Positions 1 to 8,764 are shown, numbered from the stretch's first letter. The stretch: 64,000 nucleotides of DNA from an uncultured Candidatus Saccharibacteria bacterium (GCA_964577395.1 CAZNYQ010000013.1:6409-70408), one strand, 5' to 3'. The notes: a model not told the origin generated them from the letters alone. Translations and numbers: made by a program.

Positions 1-28
1 AAGTGAGTAATTTTTAGTTTATAAGACT

Positions 29-958
29 TTAAATTTTTCTTTCCAGGATCCTAAATCCTTCTATCAAAGCATCACAAAGAAATTCTTCTAAGGACAAGTA
101 ATTTTTTTTGAGTTGTGCTTTTTGAAGATAATTATTATAGAATTGTTTCCTTGTTTGTTTGATAATAGCAGGAGGTAAGTTTTTTTTCAAAAACATAGCT
201 TGCATAATTAATCTTCCTATCCGACCATTACCATCAGAAAAAGGATGAATTTGTTCAAAACAGCTATGCGTATTAGCAACTTGGAAAATAATGTTTTTAT
301 TAAAACTATTTATATCATCAACAAGCTTATTCATTAATTGAGGTATTTTTTGATAATTGGTAGTTGGCACATAAGTACCAACAATACGTACAGCATGCCT
401 ACGATAAGAACCAGCATCACTTTTTATACTATTCATTAAAATACTATGAAGTTTTAAAATTAATTTTTCATCAATAATTGCTGATTGCCTTAAGAGATAA
501 TTCAATAAGTAATGCCAAGCGGTTTGGTGGTTTTTAACCTCTAGTTGTTCGATAATATTTTTATTAGATAGAGCAATATTATCAAACAAGATGGCCTTAG
601 TCTCATTTTCATTTAGGGTACTGCCTTCTATTTTATTGGTGTGGTAAGTTAAAGAAAGTAAAAATTGGTCATAAATGTCAGGATTTTTTAAAATCTTTTT
701 TAAAATATGTTTATATTTTCTTTCTTTAGTAAAAATAATTTGTTTTTTTGCTTGCAAAGAATCTTCAGGGACTTTCTTCTGACCGCTTAATTTTAAGTAG
801 AGGTTATGGATTCTTTTTTCTGCTTCTTTTCGTGGTTTTGATTTCCCATTAATCCAACTATTTAGTGTAGCAAAAGATACGCTAAGTTGTTTAGCGATTT
901 TTTCTTGAGTGAAGCCAGAAAGAGCCTGTATTATTTTTAGTTTTTCAGAAATAGTCAT
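29..958 (-). CDS. XRE-type HTH fused to Fic/AMPylase domain (class II, autoinhibited)
   Basis: N-terminal HTH (TQEKIAKQLSVSFATLNSWING); canonical Fic motif HPFSDGNGRIGR; inhibitory (S/T)xxxE(G/N) motif TNKIEG upstream of the Fic core. Confidence 0.9.
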   Translation of the reverse strand: MTISEKLKIIQALSGFTQEKIAKQLSVSFATLNSWINGKSKPRKEAEKRIHNLYLKLSGQKKVPEDSLQAKKQIIFTKERKYKHILKKILKNPDIYDQFLLSLTYHTNKIEGSTLNENETKAILFDNIALSNKNIIEQLEVKNHQTAWHYLLNYLLRQSAIIDEKLILKLHSILMNSIKSDAGSYRRHAVRIVGTYVPTTNYQKIPQLMNKLVDDINSFNKNIIFQVANTHSCFEQIHPFSDGNGRIGRLIMQAMFLKKNLPPAIIKQTRKQFYNNYLQKAQLKKNYLSLEEFLCDALIEGFRILERKI

Positions 959-964
959 ATATCT

Positions 965-1016
965 ATTTTACAAAACTTTATATGACCTGTCAAATCCTGA
1001 AGCTTTATAAAGTTTT
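965..1016 (-). promoter_or_regulatory. sigma70 promoter of HTH-Fic with overlapping inverted-repeat operator
   Basis: Minus-strand TTGACA (993-988), 17 bp, TAAAAT (970-965); perfect 11-bp inverted repeat AAAACTTTATA (972-982)/TATAAAGTTTT (1006-1016). Confidence 0.7.
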
Positions 1017-1289
1017 TAATAAAAGATAATCTCTTTATTGAATCTTAAAATTTTATTAAATTTGATTGTTAAAGTTAAATAATTTAAAAAAGCACAGACT
1101 GTAAAAGAGAACAAAAAATGATAGATTTCACAAATTACATGGCGAATTTAAGAATTGTTGCACTTATTATTTAAGGTCTAATCTAATTTTTATTTATAAA
1201 TTAAAGAAAAAAGCACAAATTATTCATTTTCTGTACGTTGAATTACATAATAATCTTTTTTGATAAAGATTAATATGAAAGTCATGAAG

Positions 1290-1327
1290 GTAACATAAAA
1301 ATGTTACTTTTTTTAATATGTTTCGTT
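1290..1327 (+). promoter_or_regulatory. putative ECF-sigma promoter with 7-4-7 palindrome
   Basis: TGTTAC (1302-1307)-N16-CGTT (1324-1327) resembles SigW/SigX-type promoters; GTAACAT-AAAA-ATGTTAC palindrome at 1290-1307. Confidence 0.5.
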
Positions 1328-1385
1328 GTAAAAAGTGAAGAAGAAATTTTTTCTTTAATTAATTAGCAAAACACTTTATAAAAAC

Positions 1386-1769
1386 ATGTTAAAAACATTA
1401 AGTATAGTTTTCATCTCTTTTCTTATTGTTATTGGTATTAGTTATGCTGCTCACCTAAAATTAGAAGAAGTTTCAGCAGAAGGTTTTCCTCAAAAAGAAA
1501 TTTCTACCAAGGATCAACTTAAGAATCTCTTTGCAGAAAAGTATGCCCGCGACCCTTCAATAATTAAGTTAATAGATATAGAGGAAACAAAAAATTATGT
1601 TACAGGTAATGTAAAAATAACAGAGAATCCTGGAAGCATAGGACATTTTCTCGCCATTAAAGAAGCAGGAGTTTGGCAATTAATTTTTGATGGTAATGGT
1701 AATTACAGTTGTGAAGCTATCGCAGTATATGATTTTTTGCCAGATAAGATAACAAATTCCTGCTATTAA
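1386..1769 (+). CDS. small exported hypothetical protein
   Basis: 127-aa ORF with N-terminal hydrophobic signal/anchor and two C-terminal Cys; first gene of the ECF operon. Confidence 0.75.
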   Translation: MLKTLSIVFISFLIVIGISYAAHLKLEEVSAEGFPQKEISTKDQLKNLFAEKYARDPSIIKLIDIEETKNYVTGNVKITENPGSIGHFLAIKEAGVWQLIFDGNGNYSCEAIAVYDFLPDKITNSCY

Positions 1770-1837
1770 AAAGTATTTTGTAAGTTTAAGCAATTTAGCT
1801 TAAAATAGATTAATATATAAGTTATAAAATTATAAGA

Positions 1838-2395
1838 ATGTCATTTACACAAGACAGTTTAGCGGTCAAAAAATGCCAAGAAGGAAACTTAGATCAATTT
1901 GCAGGCCTTTACGATAAATATCTAAGCAAAATATATAATTTTATCTACTATAAAACCTTTCATAAAGAAACCACAGAAGATCTTACTTCCAAAACATTTA
2001 TGAAAGCTTTGGAGAATATTGATAAATTTAATTCCAGTAAAGGTAAGTTTTCTTCTTGGCTTTATCGAATTGCTCGTAATTTAGTCATAGATTATTACAG
2101 AACAAAGAAGAATGTTGCCAACATTGATGACATTTATGATTTAATAGACGATACGAATATCTTAAAAAACTTGCAAGATAAAGAAAAACTTCAAGAAGCT
2201 AAAAAATTTCTTGAAAAACTTTCTGAAGAGCAGAAGGAAATTGTTATCATGAGAGTTTGGAACGAGATGTCATATAAAGAAATTGCAGAAATTACAGGTA
2301 AGAGCGAGGGAAATTGTAAGGTCATTTTTTCACGAGTTATGAGATCGATGAATAAAGAGATTGCACCATTAATCTTAATTATGTTAATTATATAA
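1838..2395 (+). CDS. ECF-subfamily RNA polymerase sigma factor
   Basis: Region 2 (EDLTSKTF..FSSWLYRIARNLVIDYYR) and region 4 (MSYKEIAEITGKSEGNCKV). Confidence 0.92.
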   Translation: MSFTQDSLAVKKCQEGNLDQFAGLYDKYLSKIYNFIYYKTFHKETTEDLTSKTFMKALENIDKFNSSKGKFSSWLYRIARNLVIDYYRTKKNVANIDDIYDLIDDTNILKNLQDKEKLQEAKKFLEKLSEEQKEIVIMRVWNEMSYKEIAEITGKSEGNCKVIFSRVMRSMNKEIAPLILIMLII

Positions 2396-2397
2396 AT

Positions 2398-3918
2398 ATG
2401 AAAAATTTAAAAGAAAAAATTAATATTATCTTAGAAGATCTTTACCAAATTGACAGTTCTTTTAAAAATTATGAAAAAGACCTACGTCAATTAATTAAGA
2501 ATTTACTTGAGCTAAAGCCACAAGCAGAGTTAGATGAAGAGTTTAGGCAAGAACTTAAAGCTAAAATCCTCAATAGAATAGAAGAGCTTAAAGCAAAAAA
2601 ACAGACAAATCGAACCTCTTTCTTATCGAAATTACATTTAATTAGATTACCAGCTTATGCAGCATTGGGTGTTAGTGTTATTATTTTAGCTCTTCTTGTG
2701 GGGACGGTTTATTATAAAGGGCAATCGCTCTTTGAGGGAGAAAAGATTAGTCTTATAAAAGGAATTAAAATTAATCCTCTATCAAATAATAGAGCTTTTG
2801 GCTCTTTAGAAGATAGTGACTCTCAAACATTAAAACAACAAGAAGAAGCTGCAGAAATGAATGCTCCTCAAGGATTAGGAACAGGACCGGGAAGTTTAGC
2901 TGATAAGCCGGTTGAGGTTGAAATTGCACCTTATAGGCCGATAGATTATAAGTATGTGTATGAAGGAGAGCTTAATTTAGATGGGGATTATGTGAAGGTA
3001 TTACAACGTTCGATTGAGAATAATCTAGGGAGCTTTAATAACATTATTAATCGTTTTAATCTAGGATTAATGGACCTTAATAAGTTTTCTGATATTAGCT
3101 TTAAGACAATTCGTTTAGAAGAAGATAGTGAAGCTGGGTATAATGTTTCTATCAATCTGGATCAGGGCATGATTTCAATTTATAAGAATTGGTCCAATTG
3201 GCCAACTGTACAAGAAAGTAGCGAAGTTATTAGTAAAGATATTTCTCAATCAAAGCCTGCTTTTAATTCTGGCAATATCCCTAATGATAGTACTTTAGTT
3301 GATATTGCTAACCATTTTTGTAAAAGATATAAGATTGATTTAACTCCTTATGGAGAGCCGGAAGTTTATCAAGAAAGAGAATTTTTGATTCAAAAAGAAG
3401 CTGAAGCAGAGAATTTTATTCTTGCCCCTAGTAATATAAGGCTTATTTATCCACTTCTTATTGGAGGAAAGAGAGTTTATACAACGAGTGGTGAAGTTTT
3501 TGGCTTAGATATTTCAATAGATATTGCCAAGAAGAAAGTTAGTGGATTATATAATCTAACAGTTCATCAATATAATGAGTCTAATTATGACATGGCTTCA
3601 GAAAAAGATGTGTTAAGTTATTTAGAAGAAGGAGCAACACAAGGTCATGTTTATTATAGAGACGATCAACGTAAAAAAGTAACAGTTAAATTAGAAGAAC
3701 CTACTATGGGTTATGTAAAATATTGGCAACATAGTAAAAATAGGGGAGAGATGCCACAAGAAATTCTTGTGCCAGCTTTAATATTCTCAATTCAAGAAAA
3801 ACCAGCAGATGCTGTCTATAATTTTCGAGATAAGATTGTTGTACCTCTTGCTAAAGATCTCATTGAAAATATTAACAGTAAACCAATACCTGTTCCTATG
3901 ATTGACATAGAGGAATAA
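2398..3918 (+). CDS. putative anti-sigma factor (single TM, large extracytoplasmic domain)
   Basis: Starts 2 bp after the ECF gene; N-terminal helical cytoplasmic domain (P.AELDEEFRQELK), one TM helix, long soluble C-terminal part. Confidence 0.65.
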   Translation: MKNLKEKINIILEDLYQIDSSFKNYEKDLRQLIKNLLELKPQAELDEEFRQELKAKILNRIEELKAKKQTNRTSFLSKLHLIRLPAYAALGVSVIILALLVGTVYYKGQSLFEGEKISLIKGIKINPLSNNRAFGSLEDSDSQTLKQQEEAAEMNAPQGLGTGPGSLADKPVEVEIAPYRPIDYKYVYEGELNLDGDYVKVLQRSIENNLGSFNNIINRFNLGLMDLNKFSDISFKTIRLEEDSEAGYNVSINLDQGMISIYKNWSNWPTVQESSEVISKDISQSKPAFNSGNIPNDSTLVDIANHFCKRYKIDLTPYGEPEVYQEREFLIQKEAEAENFILAPSNIRLIYPLLIGGKRVYTTSGEVFGLDISIDIAKKKVSGLYNLTVHQYNESNYDMASEKDVLSYLEEGATQGHVYYRDDQRKKVTVKLEEPTMGYVKYWQHSKNRGEMPQEILVPALIFSIQEKPADAVYNFRDKIVVPLAKDLIENINSKPIPVPMIDIEE

Positions 3919-3920
3919 TC

Positions 3921-3950
3921 TTGACTGAAGGTTGTTTTGATGGATATAAT
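3921..3950 (+). promoter_or_regulatory. sigma70 promoter of csoR-like gene
   Basis: TTGACT-N18-TATAAT. Confidence 0.55.
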
Positions 3951-3978
3951 AAAATTATCTTAATTAAGAAGTTAAAAT

Positions 3979-4209
3979 ATGAAAAAAGAAATAGCTAAAT
4001 TGAACAGAGTAGCTGGTCAAATTAAGGGTTTGGCAAGGATGATTGAAGAAGAAAAGAATTGTGATAAAATCATTATTCAGTTTCAAGCCACTAAGGGTGC
4101 TTTGAATAGTATCTTTAGTAATTATCTTAACGATAATTTAACTGAATGCATGAGAGAGAATAAGCCAGAACAATTAAAAGAAATTATTAAGCAAATTAGT
4201 AAAAAATAG
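3979..4209 (+). CDS. CsoR/RcnR/CstR-family transcriptional repressor
   Basis: LNRVAGQIKGLARMIEEEKNC..IIIQ motif; two conserved Cys; Asn at the usual His ligand position (NLTEC). Confidence 0.88.
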   Translation: MKKEIAKLNRVAGQIKGLARMIEEEKNCDKIIIQFQATKGALNSIFSNYLNDNLTECMRENKPEQLKEIIKQISKK

Positions 4210-4215
4210 CAAGAT

Positions 4216-4253
4216 AAAAAAACAAAAAGTTAAAAACATCTTTTTGTTTTTTT
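4216..4253 (+). terminator. intrinsic terminator-like hairpin after csoR-like gene
   Basis: AAAAAAACAAAAAG/CTTTTTGTTTTTTT inverted repeat. Confidence 0.55.
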
Positions 4254-4309
4254 AATTAAAATTTAATTTTAATTAAAATGAAAACAGCTACTAGTATAAA
4301 AAACTAAAC

Positions 4310-4358
4310 TTATCCACAGATTTTGGAGCTTTGACTATCTTTATCCTTAGAGTATGAT
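4310..4358 (+). promoter_or_regulatory. DnaA box plus sigma70 promoter of nrdJ operon
   Basis: Perfect TTATCCACA at 4310-4318; TTGACT (4331-4336)-N16-TATGAT (4353-4358). Confidence 0.65.
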
Positions 4359-4446
4359 AAGAAAATGATGCTCCCAAAACTTACTCTTGTTTTTTTGAGT
4401 AAGTCTTCATTTGTTAAGTAAGTAAAATATTAGTTAATAAGTTTTT

Positions 4447-6732
4447 ATGGGTAAGATTAAAAAAGTTAAAAAAAGAGATGGTCGTATAGTAAAATTCGAT
4501 CAAGTGAAAATTACCAATGCGATTTATAAAGCAATGCAAGTTAGTCAAGAAGGTGATTTGTCTAAACATCCTTACCGAGTTAGTGAAAAAGTTGTTAAAA
4601 TCTTGCAACAAAAACTAAAAGCTAAGGCTATTCCGGATATAGAAAAGATTCAAGATATTGTTGAAGAAGTTTTAATCTTAATGGATTTTTCTAAAACAGC
4701 CAAAGCTTATATTCTTTATCGTCAAGAGAGAGCTCGCATTAGAGAACAGAAAAAAATAATTCCTCGAGATGTTAAAAAATTAGTCCAAGAAAGTAAAAAA
4801 TATTTTAATGATCCTTTTAGAGAATTTATTTATTATCGAAGTTATTCTCGTTGGTTGGAAGACAAGGGTCGTCGGGAAACTTGGGTTGAGACGATTGATA
4901 GATACGTAAAATTTATGAGGGAAAAGCTGGGGGATAAGCTTAGTGAAAAGGAATATAAAGATATTAAAAAAGCAATTCTTTATCAAGAAGCTATGCCATC
5001 AATGCGGCTTATCTGGGCGGCTGGTAAGGCAGTTAAGGCAAGTAATGTTACTGCATATAATTGTTCCTATATCGCTCCCACTAAATTAACCGATTTTGCT
5101 GAGATGATGTATATCTTAATGTGTGGTGGAGGACTAGGTTTTTCGGTTGAGAGTCGTTTTGCTCAACAACTTCCTTTGATTAAATCGCAGACTGGTAAAA
5201 AATTGGCAACCTATGTTGTCAAGGACAGTAAAGAAGGTTGGGGCAATGCTTTAACAAAAGGATTAAAAACTTGGTATGGTGGCAAAGATATTGATTTTGA
5301 TTACTCACAGTTAAGACCTGCAGGTGCTAGACTTTACACAATGGGAGGCAGAAGTTCCGGCCCTGAACCCTTAAGAGCTTTATTTAATTTTGCAAGAAGC
5401 AAAATTCTAGCAAATCAAGGTAAGCGTTTACGTAATATTGATGTTCATGATATTATTTGTAAAATTGGTGAGCTTGTTGTGATGGGGGGTGTAAGGAGAA
5501 GCGCCCTAATATCATTATCTGATTTGGATGATGAAAAAGTTCGCAATGCAAAAACAGGTGAATTTTACATCAGCAATCCACAACGTTCTATGGCTAATAA
5601 TTCCGCTGTTTATAATAGAAAGCCGAGTAGCCAACAATTTTTAGAAGAATGGTTGGGACTTATGAAGAGCGGTTCAGGAGAGAGAGGTATTTTTAACAGA
5701 GGAAGTCTCAAAGACCAATTACCGGCAAGACGCTGGAAAAGCTTTAAAAAACATTGGGATGCTTCAGGCATTAATCCCTGTGGAGAAATTATTCTAAGGT
5801 CAAAATCATTTTGTAATTTAACTGAAGTAGTAGCACGTCCCCAAGATACCGAGAAAAAGCTTTTAGATAAAATTACTATTGCAACAATTTTAGGAACTTT
5901 TCAAGCAATGCTCACTGATTTTCATTACATTTCCAATGATTGGAAGAAAAATGGTGAAGAAGAAAGATTACTTGGTGTTTCTATTACCGGACAATGGGAT
6001 TGTCCGGTGGTGCGCAAGAAAGAAGTCTTAGCAAAACTTAAGGCAAAAGCTTTAAAAATTAATCGTAAGTATGCTAAGAGATTTAAAATCAAACCCTCTC
6101 TAGGTGTTACTTCTGTTAAGCCGTCAGGGACAGTATCTCAACTTGTGAATAGTTCTTCAGGCATGCATCCCCGTTATGCTAAATATTACATCAGGAGAGT
6201 GAGGGTTTCTGCAAACGATCCTTTATTCAAAATGTTAAAAGACCAAAAATTTCCTTATCATCCAGAAGTAGGCCAATCAGAAGAATCAGCTACTTCATAT
6301 GTGCTTGAATTCCCTTTAAGTTCTCCTAAGGATGCTATTACCCGCAATGATCTTAGTGCTATAGAGCAGTTAGAGCATTGGAAGAAGGTTAAAACAACTT
6401 ATACAGAACATAATCCTTCCCAAACTATTTTAGTAGGAGAAGGAGAATGGATAGAAGCAGCTGATTGGGTATATGATAATTGGAATATTGTTGGAGGATT
6501 GAGTTTTTTACCGCGTGATGATCATATATATAAATTACCTCCTTACGAGGAAATTAGTAAAGAAAAGTATGACGAATTAGTTTCTCAAATGCCAGATATT
6601 GATTTCTCTCAAATCATTGCCTATGAAAAAGATGATCAAACGACTGGTGCGAAGATGCCTGCTTGCGAAAGTCCTGTTTGCGAATTAAAACCTAGCCTAA
6701 AAGAGCCTAAAAATCAAAAATCAGAGGATTAA
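4447..6732 (+). CDS. nrdJ: class II (adenosylcobalamin-dependent) ribonucleotide reductase with N-terminal ATP cone
   Basis: ATP cone (VKKRDGRIVKFD..KI.NAI); YNC, GGVRRSALISLSD, NPCGEI, FCNLTE, VKPSGTVSQL, EHNPS; C-terminal redox pair CESPVC. Confidence 0.93.
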   Translation: MGKIKKVKKRDGRIVKFDQVKITNAIYKAMQVSQEGDLSKHPYRVSEKVVKILQQKLKAKAIPDIEKIQDIVEEVLILMDFSKTAKAYILYRQERARIREQKKIIPRDVKKLVQESKKYFNDPFREFIYYRSYSRWLEDKGRRETWVETIDRYVKFMREKLGDKLSEKEYKDIKKAILYQEAMPSMRLIWAAGKAVKASNVTAYNCSYIAPTKLTDFAEMMYILMCGGGLGFSVESRFAQQLPLIKSQTGKKLATYVVKDSKEGWGNALTKGLKTWYGGKDIDFDYSQLRPAGARLYTMGGRSSGPEPLRALFNFARSKILANQGKRLRNIDVHDIICKIGELVVMGGVRRSALISLSDLDDEKVRNAKTGEFYISNPQRSMANNSAVYNRKPSSQQFLEEWLGLMKSGSGERGIFNRGSLKDQLPARRWKSFKKHWDASGINPCGEIILRSKSFCNLTEVVARPQDTEKKLLDKITIATILGTFQAMLTDFHYISNDWKKNGEEERLLGVSITGQWDCPVVRKKEVLAKLKAKALKINRKYAKRFKIKPSLGVTSVKPSGTVSQLVNSSSGMHPRYAKYYIRRVRVSANDPLFKMLKDQKFPYHPEVGQSEESATSYVLEFPLSSPKDAITRNDLSAIEQLEHWKKVKTTYTEHNPSQTILVGEGEWIEAADWVYDNWNIVGGLSFLPRDDHIYKLPPYEEISKEKYDELVSQMPDIDFSQIIAYEKDDQTTGAKMPACESPVCELKPSLKEPKNQKSED

Positions 6733-6749
6733 TATATCATATATATAAC

Positions 6750-7295
6750 ATGATTTATGTTTTTACCGGTAATGGAAAAGGAAAAACATCTGCTGCTCTT
6801 GGTGCTGGATTAAGAATGATTGGAGCAGGTAAGAAAGTTTTTTTAGTGCAGTTTTTAAAAGCTAGTATTTCTTCAGAGAATTGGGCTATTAAAAAAATAG
6901 AGAATTTTGAGATTAGAAGCTTTGGGAGACAAGGCTTTTTTCTTCCTCAAAAAACAATTGAAAAATATCCCAAGCTTAAAGAAAAAGGGGTTAAATCTTT
7001 TGATAAGCAAGACATTAAGTTAGCCAAAGAAGCTCTAGCTTGTGCTAAAAAAAATAGCCATGATTATGATCTACTTATCCTAGATGAAGTTAATATAGCA
7101 ATTCATTTTAAGCTGATTCAGGTATCGGAGTTACTGAAATTTCTAGAGAGAACAAAAAAACATTGTCATATTATTTTAACAGGCAGGCAGTGCCCCCAAG
7201 AAATTATTGAAAAAGCTGACCTAGTAACTGATTTCCAGGAAGTGAAGCATTACTACCAAAAAAATATATCTGCCATTCGAGGTATTGATTTTTAA
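6750..7295 (+). CDS. cobA: cob(I)alamin adenosyltransferase (CobA/BtuR/CobO)
   Basis: TGNGKGKTSAALG P-loop, VQFLK, LILDE, ILTGR, ADLVT, KHYY..GIDF. Confidence 0.93.
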   Translation: MIYVFTGNGKGKTSAALGAGLRMIGAGKKVFLVQFLKASISSENWAIKKIENFEIRSFGRQGFFLPQKTIEKYPKLKEKGVKSFDKQDIKLAKEALACAKKNSHDYDLLILDEVNIAIHFKLIQVSELLKFLERTKKHCHIILTGRQCPQEIIEKADLVTDFQEVKHYYQKNISAIRGIDF

Positions 7296-7311
7296 TTTTT
7301 AACTAAAATTT

Positions 7312-7761
7312 ATGTTCAAAAAAAAGACTCTTTTTCCTAGCTTGCTTCTTGTTTTACTGCTTCTAGTTTTAGGGTGGGTTATTATTGATAGAAATTATTC
7401 AAATGTTGAGAAAGAAGATGTTGAACAACCGGGCACGCAAGGGGAAGTTTCTACAGAAATTAGTTTAATTTTAAATTTTGGTAGTGAAGCAAAACTTCAA
7501 ACACAATCTATTAAAATAGAGAATGACTGGACAGCTTTTGATGCGCTTAAAAAAGCTTTAGAGAGATTAGACATTGAATTAGCTACCAAGAAATATGAAC
7601 AAGGTATTTTTATTGAAGCAATTGGAGAGAAAAAAAATGGTGATGATAATAAATATTGGCTTTATTATGTTAATGGTAAAATGCCTGAAGTAAGTTGCAG
7701 CAAACAATTTATTAAACCTGGAGATAAAATAGAATTTAAATTTCAGACTTCGCCTTATTAA
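7312..7761 (+). CDS. membrane-anchored DUF4430/transcobalamin-C-terminal-like protein (putative B12 binder)
   Basis: N-terminal TM; TAFDAL, GIFIEAIG, YWLYYVNG, IKPGDKIEF pattern typical of the DUF4430 beta-grasp fold. Confidence 0.8.
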   Translation: MFKKKTLFPSLLLVLLLLVLGWVIIDRNYSNVEKEDVEQPGTQGEVSTEISLILNFGSEAKLQTQSIKIENDWTAFDALKKALERLDIELATKKYEQGIFIEAIGEKKNGDDNKYWLYYVNGKMPEVSCSKQFIKPGDKIEFKFQTSPY

Positions 7762-7764
7762 TTT

Positions 7765-8331
7765 ATGAATTTAAACTTTTTAAAACAGGAAAAAAATCTT
7801 AAAATTATCCTTAGTTTATTTGTTATATTAATTGGTCTAATTTTAAGGCTCTTGCCTCATCCCCCTAACTTTACTCCTATTGGTGCCTTAGCATTATTTA
7901 GTTTTACCTATCTTTCGAGAAAATCATTTTTTTTGCCTGTTGTAATATTATTAATCTCTGATTTTTTGATTGGTTTTTATGATATTAAACTTATGGTAGC
8001 TGTTTATATCAGTTTTTTAATATGTTCTTTGATAGGAATCTTTATTAGAAGAGATAAAAAATGGTCTACAATCTTAGAAAGTTCTCTCTTGGCAAGCTTT
8101 GTCTTCTTTTTAATAACTAATTTTGCTGTTTGGATGTTTACTCCTTGGTATGCACAGTCTTTTCAAGGTCTAATAACTTGCTATACCATGGCACTTCCCT
8201 TTTTAAGAAATACTCTTCTAGGTAATATTTTTTATACTGGCCTACTATTTGGAATCTATGAATTAGCTTTAAGCTTTATTAATAGCAAAGAATCACTATA
8301 CTGTTTTAACTCCAATTCTTTTAAGAGATAA
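7765..8331 (+). CDS. ECF S-component-like membrane protein (DUF6580/BtuM-like), putative cobalamin transporter
   Basis: 188 aa, about 5-6 TM helices; RLLPHPPNFTPIGALALF, FFLITNFAVW and CY..ALPF.RNT motifs; B12 gene context. Confidence 0.72.
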   Translation: MNLNFLKQEKNLKIILSLFVILIGLILRLLPHPPNFTPIGALALFSFTYLSRKSFFLPVVILLISDFLIGFYDIKLMVAVYISFLICSLIGIFIRRDKKWSTILESSLLASFVFFLITNFAVWMFTPWYAQSFQGLITCYTMALPFLRNTLLGNIFYTGLLFGIYELALSFINSKESLYCFNSNSFKR

Positions 8332-8352
8332 GTTAGCACTTAAAAAAGAGAG

Positions 8353-8380
8353 TTGACACTATCCCCCTAGGGGGTATAAT
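8353..8380 (+). promoter_or_regulatory. consensus sigma70 promoter of trxA-gdhA-trxB with CsoR-type operator in the spacer
   Basis: TTGACA (8353-8358)-N16-TATAAT (8375-8380); perfect palindrome CCCCCTAGGGGG at 8363-8374. Confidence 0.85.
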
Positions 8381-8419
8381 AGAATTTGTTTATTTTTTAA
8401 TTTATGTATAAAAATCAAT

Positions 8420-8749
8420 ATGGCAAACCCAGCTCAAGTTAACGCTGATAACTTTGACAAAGAAGTTCTTCAGTCACCAATCCCTGTATTAGTAGATTTT
8501 TGGGCGCCTTGGTGTGGACCTTGTCTTATGATGGCTCCTGTTCTTGATGAATTGTCAGAAGAACTAGAAGGCAAACTGAAAATTGCTAAACTTAACACAG
8601 AAACTCAGGAAAACCAGACTATAGCAATAAAATATCAAATTAGGAGTATTCCTAATATGAAACTATTTAAAGACGGCAAGGTCGTTAAAGAATTTGTTGG
8701 AGCAAGACCAAAGGATGATTTTAAAACTGAACTAGAAAAAGAACTGTAA
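8420..8749 (+). CDS. trxA: thioredoxin
   Basis: DFWAPWCGPC active site; IRSIP. Confidence 0.96.
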   Translation: MANPAQVNADNFDKEVLQSPIPVLVDFWAPWCGPCLMMAPVLDELSEELEGKLKIAKLNTETQENQTIAIKYQIRSIPNMKLFKDGKVVKEFVGARPKDDFKTELEKEL

Positions 8750-8764
8750 TTATTTTTTTAAATT

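Noticed and set aside
8333-8358. CIRCE-like TTAGCACTT..GAGTTGACA upstream of trxA
   Set aside because: The spacer is 8 rather than 9 bp and the right arm is mostly explained by the -35 hexamer.
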